From: a virus
Lineage: Duplodnaviria > Caudoviricetes
DNA: 29,723 nucleotides
Reading direction: 5' to 3' (one strand)
Virus record (IMG/VR): IMGVR_UViG_3300037311_000289
Location: 1-29,723 of that record
Positions 26,014 through 29,723 of this stretch are shown piece after piece. The position numbers and the translations under genes were made by a program. Below the pieces are notes generated by a model. It was not told where the DNA came from, ran no database searches, and saw only the letters and a list, made by a program, of their open reading frames with translations. How positions within the stretch are numbered: the stretch's first letter is position 1; every line of letters begins with the position of its first letter.

Positions 26014-27888
26014 TCACTCCGCCGGCGCGGGCTGCGCGTCCGCCTGGTGCGTCTCGTCGAAATACGCCGTCACGTCGATCAGCACGCACTGCGCGGCCGT
26101 GCCGTTGATTTTGCCTACCGGCTGCGCCAGCGGCTGCCGCACCACGATCGGCGGCGGGCCTTGGCGCAGCGCGCTGGCCCACACGCCGTTGCGCCAGATG
26201 GTGTCGCGAAACAGCAGGTTGAGCGTCGGCCCCTTGAGCGGCACAAACAGCACGTAACCGGCCCGCCCCGTCCAGCGCAGCCCCGGCTGCACGCCGAGCC
26301 CGGCCGCGGCCAGCCGCCGGCGCGCCTGCTCGATCGTCATGTCGATGTCGCCCTTGTCCAGACGATCAAGCACGTCGCCTACCGTCGGCTTCTCGCCGCC
26401 CGCCCACAGCGCGATCACGCTGTTGAACAAATGCTCCAGGCAGTCCCGCCAATTCTCGCCCATGGCGGCCAGCTCGGCCGCCGTCGCGTCGCGCACCAGC
26501 TGGCCCACGCGCGCCTGGTCGGTCACCGGCAGGCCGACGGCCTCAAGCGCCTCTTCGCCCACCAGCGTCTGCGCGGCGGCCAGAAGCGTGCCGAAGGTCG
26601 ATCGGGCCCGGGGCTCGAACCCCGCCAGGCGCAGCGTCTCGTCCCAGTCGGCCAGATTGCGGCGCATCTCCGCCCAACCGTCCATCAGCCGCCGCAGCAT
26701 CATCGCGCCGGCGACCGAAGGGTCCAGCGCGAACCGCGGCGCCACCGAAGCGCGATCCAGGCGCTCGAGGTTAAGAACCGCCATGCGCGATCGGTCCTGG
26801 TTGCCCATGGGCGGCGGGTTGATCGCCGAAAACACAAATGAGCTAGCCAGCGCGAACGAATTGTTCTGCAACGACGACGAACCGCGCAACGCCAGGGATC
26901 CCGAATACGCCTGCCTCGCCAGCTCTATGATGCTCTGCGCGCGCCCGCCATCTTCCGGCTTGCTCTCGAATTCGTCGACGGCGACCGGCAGGCTGTCCTG
27001 CCGAATGCGGGTATAGATGCCTGCGGCCGACGTATTGGCCGACGCCACCAGAGCCGGCCCGAACAACTGCGCCATGAACTTGTGCAGGCTCGACTTGCCG
27101 ACGCCCTTGTCGCCGACCGTGAACAGCACCGGCCGCTCGTCCAGCGCGCCGCCGTAAAACGCCGTCGCCATCCAGCCGAGCAACAGCAGCGGGTCGATCA
27201 GCGGCCGCTCCCAGCGCCACGTCATCAGGTGCTCCAGCAGCAGCCGGCCCGGGCTTTCGTCGTGCGGCACCGGCTCGCGCCATGGCGCCATGATTTCGGG
27301 CCGCAGCGCGTAATAGCGCCCGTCGATCGATCCCGGCGTCGCCGCGCGCAGGCCGCGCCCGTCGACGGTGTAGATCTTTCGGCCGGCGTGCCAGACGAAC
27401 AGGTTTTCGGCGCCCACGCGCCACCCGCCGCGGCCGCGCACGCCGAACACCGGGTCGAACGGCCCGCGCTGGGCGCAGGCGCGCACCAGGCAGTTCCAGG
27501 CCAGCTTCGTCTCGATCTTCTTGGTGCTCCATCGGCCGGGCTGATCGCCCTTTGGATTTTCCCAGGCGGCCCAGTGATGATGCAGGTATTCCGTCGCCCC
27601 CTTGAACAGGTCGTTGAGGACCATGTCGTTGCGGTTGCGCGCATGTACTTCGATCATCTGGCCAAGCGGATCGACGAAATACGCCAGCTGCCCGTCGACG
27701 CCGAGCGGGGCCACGGGGCAGTCGGGCGGCAGGTTGCGTTCGGGGTATCCCGGCCATTCGTTGGTGCCGTAACCCCAGGCCTGCGCGTCCCCGGCCGGCC
27801 GGATCGGCGGCGCCTCCTCGCGGGCGAGCGCCGCCTCCGCCTCGCCGAACAGGCCGCGCAGCGCGGAAATGATGGTTTTGCGCGCCAT
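26014..27888 (-). CDS. P-loop NTPase, probable replicative helicase (SF3/D5-like, 624 aa)
   Basis: Walker A GDKGVGKS, Walker B VAVDEFE, FSAINPP and DRSR (motif C and arginine-finger-like); downstream of the primase. Confidence 0.78.
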   Translation of the reverse strand: MARKTIISALRGLFGEAEAALAREEAPPIRPAGDAQAWGYGTNEWPGYPERNLPPDCPVAPLGVDGQLAYFVDPLGQMIEVHARNRNDMVLNDLFKGATEYLHHHWAAWENPKGDQPGRWSTKKIETKLAWNCLVRACAQRGPFDPVFGVRGRGGWRVGAENLFVWHAGRKIYTVDGRGLRAATPGSIDGRYYALRPEIMAPWREPVPHDESPGRLLLEHLMTWRWERPLIDPLLLLGWMATAFYGGALDERPVLFTVGDKGVGKSSLHKFMAQLFGPALVASANTSAAGIYTRIRQDSLPVAVDEFESKPEDGGRAQSIIELARQAYSGSLALRGSSSLQNNSFALASSFVFSAINPPPMGNQDRSRMAVLNLERLDRASVAPRFALDPSVAGAMMLRRLMDGWAEMRRNLADWDETLRLAGFEPRARSTFGTLLAAAQTLVGEEALEAVGLPVTDQARVGQLVRDATAAELAAMGENWRDCLEHLFNSVIALWAGGEKPTVGDVLDRLDKGDIDMTIEQARRRLAAAGLGVQPGLRWTGRAGYVLFVPLKGPTLNLLFRDTIWRNGVWASALRQGPPPIVVRQPLAQPVGKINGTAAQCVLIDVTAYFDETHQADAQPAPAE

Positions 27889-27931
27889 GCGGCCGTGCGT
27901 CGGTCGTGATCTGCAGAAATGCGCGCCGGCG

Positions 27932-28582
27932 TCAGCGCGTGGTGCGCCGCGCCCGCTGCGAGGACGGCGCCGGCGCGTCGGCGTCGCCTTCGGCCGCTGC
28001 GGCCGGCGTCGGCGCGCCACACGTGTCGTCGGTCACGACCGCGTCAGCGGCGGTTTCCACGCGCAGCGCGCGGCCGGGCATGGTCGCCAGAGGGTCCGGC
28101 AGCATCTCGAGGCTGCCGCCCTCGATCGAAATGGTCACCGCGTCCTGCGACGCCGGCTGCAGCAGCGTCCTGGCGCGCGCGTCGGCCGCCAGGAACTCCG
28201 CGGTCCGCGCGGAATAGGTCGCCAGCAACGTCGCCTGCCACACGCGATAGGCCATCCGCGTCGTCGCGGAGACGTGGTCGAACAGCGGATTGGCGTGCGC
28301 GCCCAGGGCATGGGCGCGGATCCACAGCGCGTCGACGGGCGCGTCCGGATTGGTGAGCGCGAAGTCCGCCAGCTGCGCCGCGATCGCGCTGCGACGGGTC
28401 TCGTCGCCGATCGTCAGCCCGTCCGACAGCCACATCAGCTGCTTGCCGGCGATCGCCTCCACCGCTTGATGCGCCACGCGCAGCGCGATGCGGCGATGAT
28501 CGTATTCGTCCCTGCTCATGCCTTCGCGCGGCCCGTCCATCGCAACGTTGCTTGAGCCCACTTCCCAAACACTGTCGTTCAT
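27932..28582 (-). CDS. Hypothetical protein (216 aa)
   Basis: ATG overlaps the primase stop (ATGA) with an AAGGA RBS; no recognisable motif. Confidence 0.6.
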   Translation of the reverse strand: MNDSVWEVGSSNVAMDGPREGMSRDEYDHRRIALRVAHQAVEAIAGKQLMWLSDGLTIGDETRRSAIAAQLADFALTNPDAPVDALWIRAHALGAHANPLFDHVSATTRMAYRVWQATLLATYSARTAEFLAADARARTLLQPASQDAVTISIEGGSLEMLPDPLATMPGRALRVETAADAVVTDDTCGAPTPAAAAEGDADAPAPSSQRARRTTR

Positions 28583-29655
28583 CTGTCCATTTCCTTGATC
28601 ATGTCGTTTATGTCCTTGCCCGCCGCGCTGCGGATCACGCTGATCGGCTTTCCGTGCCGCTGCAGCGCCTCCATCGCGCGGTCGAACGCCCTGAGCGCAG
28701 CCAGCTCGTCCCAGTCGTTGTCGGCGCACACGATCACGCCCGTCACGGCCGCGTGCCACACCGGCGCATGCGCGAGGTTCGCCAGCGACGTCACGGCCCA
28801 CACGCGCAGATCGCGCCGCAGCTGCACGGCCGTGATCGCGTCCTCAAGGCCCTCGGTCAAAACCACCGGGCCGCGCAGACCCATGGTCGCGGCCACGTCG
28901 GGCGCGACGCCGCTGGCGCCGTGGCCGACTTGGATCACCGATCCAAGGATTTCGCCACGCATCAGCTTCGGCGCGTCGACCGCGGCCTTGCCGCCGCCGT
29001 CCTCGCGCAGGAACGTTACATGCGCGCCGCTGATCTGACCCGACGGCAGCGTGACCGCGCAGACGATCGCGGGCAACGTCGGCCCGGCATGCCATTGTCC
29101 GTTCGGCAATCGCCAGCCGCTCTTCCAGTGCTCGGCCTGCCCGCAGCGCACGTCCCTGGTCAAAAAGGCGAGCGTGGCCCGCTCGATGCCGCGCGTCGCC
29201 AGATACGCCTCGGCCGCGGTGCCGTGCAGCTGCGGCCGCGCCGCCCACACCAGCCGCCTTGCCGCCGCCAGGGATCTCGCCCGCCGCGCGGCCTCGGCGT
29301 CGTCGTCGCGCTTGGGCGCGGCTGCGCGCGTCACCGGGGCGGCCACGAGGTGCGGCTCGCCCAGCCATTGCGCGGCGAACGCGCGCGCGCCGCGCCGATC
29401 GAGCCCGCGCACCGCCATGATCAGATGGATCAGCGTGCCCCCGGTCGCCGCCGGCTTGTCCGGCCGGCCGCCCCAGAACGCCACCAGGCCGCGCTTGCGC
29501 CCGCGCAGCACCACCGCGACCTTGCCGCAGCCCGTGTCCTCGCCGCGGGCCACCAGCTCGCCCGCCTCGAGCCGCGCGCCAGGCAGAAGCTGCCGCACCA
29601 GGTCCTCGGCGCGCGCGATCAGCCTGTCGAGGATCGGATCCGCGCTCACGGTCAT
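28579..29655 (-). CDS. Toprim-domain DNA primase (358 aa)
   Basis: AEAYLATRGI, GAHVTFL, KLMRG, LTEGLEDA and CADND motifs; KDIND C-terminus. Confidence 0.85.
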   Translation of the reverse strand: MTVSADPILDRLIARAEDLVRQLLPGARLEAGELVARGEDTGCGKVAVVLRGRKRGLVAFWGGRPDKPAATGGTLIHLIMAVRGLDRRGARAFAAQWLGEPHLVAAPVTRAAAPKRDDDAEAARRARSLAAARRLVWAARPQLHGTAAEAYLATRGIERATLAFLTRDVRCGQAEHWKSGWRLPNGQWHAGPTLPAIVCAVTLPSGQISGAHVTFLREDGGGKAAVDAPKLMRGEILGSVIQVGHGASGVAPDVAATMGLRGPVVLTEGLEDAITAVQLRRDLRVWAVTSLANLAHAPVWHAAVTGVIVCADNDWDELAALRAFDRAMEALQRHGKPISVIRSAAGKDINDMIKEMDR

Positions 29656-29723
29656 CGCGCGGCCGCTTTGGCCGCCAGCGCGGTCATTTCGGCGTCCGAA
29701 AACAGCACTTTGAGCATGGTCGT
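29652..29723 (-). CDS. 3' end of an upstream gene truncated by the window edge
   Basis: Open frame ...TTMLKVLFSDAEMTALAAKAAAR* whose stop overlaps the primase ATG (ATGA). Confidence 0.45.
   Translation of the reverse strand, partial: TTMLKVLFSDAEMTALAAKAAAR

Overview
The whole window is the left part of an integrated, high-GC prophage with a podovirus-type (T7/BPP-1-like) virion module; an alphaproteobacterial host is inferred. All genes I can support lie on the minus strand. Position 1-46 is a duplicated 3' half of tRNA-Lys(CTT), i.e. the att core. In transcription order the genes are: Toprim primase, a hypothetical gene, a P-loop helicase, a scar (alpha/beta-hydrolase fragment fused to the 3' half of an IS630), a CCTAACC repeat cluster (probable origin), small and large terminase, a GNAT-like gene, a small virion protein, portal, a Bbp19-like gene, scaffold, major capsid, a 98-aa putative decoration protein, tail tubular A and B, four internal virion proteins (one with a lytic transglycosylase domain), an SGNH-esterase tail fibre, a lysis cassette (GH19 endolysin with a hydrophobic C-terminus, overlapping spanins, holin-like gene) and a 959-aa terminal protein. 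Three observations stand out. (1) The 959-aa protein begins with a close paralogue of the 98-aa capsid-adjacent protein, suggesting a capsid-displayed glycan-binding or depolymerase 'head fibre'. (2) The major capsid leader holds a tandem structured motif with anti-Shine-Dalgarno sequences. (3) A TTAAC-type/CATSAT-type bipartite motif with a fixed 15-bp spacer recurs four times ahead of late gene blocks. All product calls come from motifs and gene order read by eye; no searches were run.
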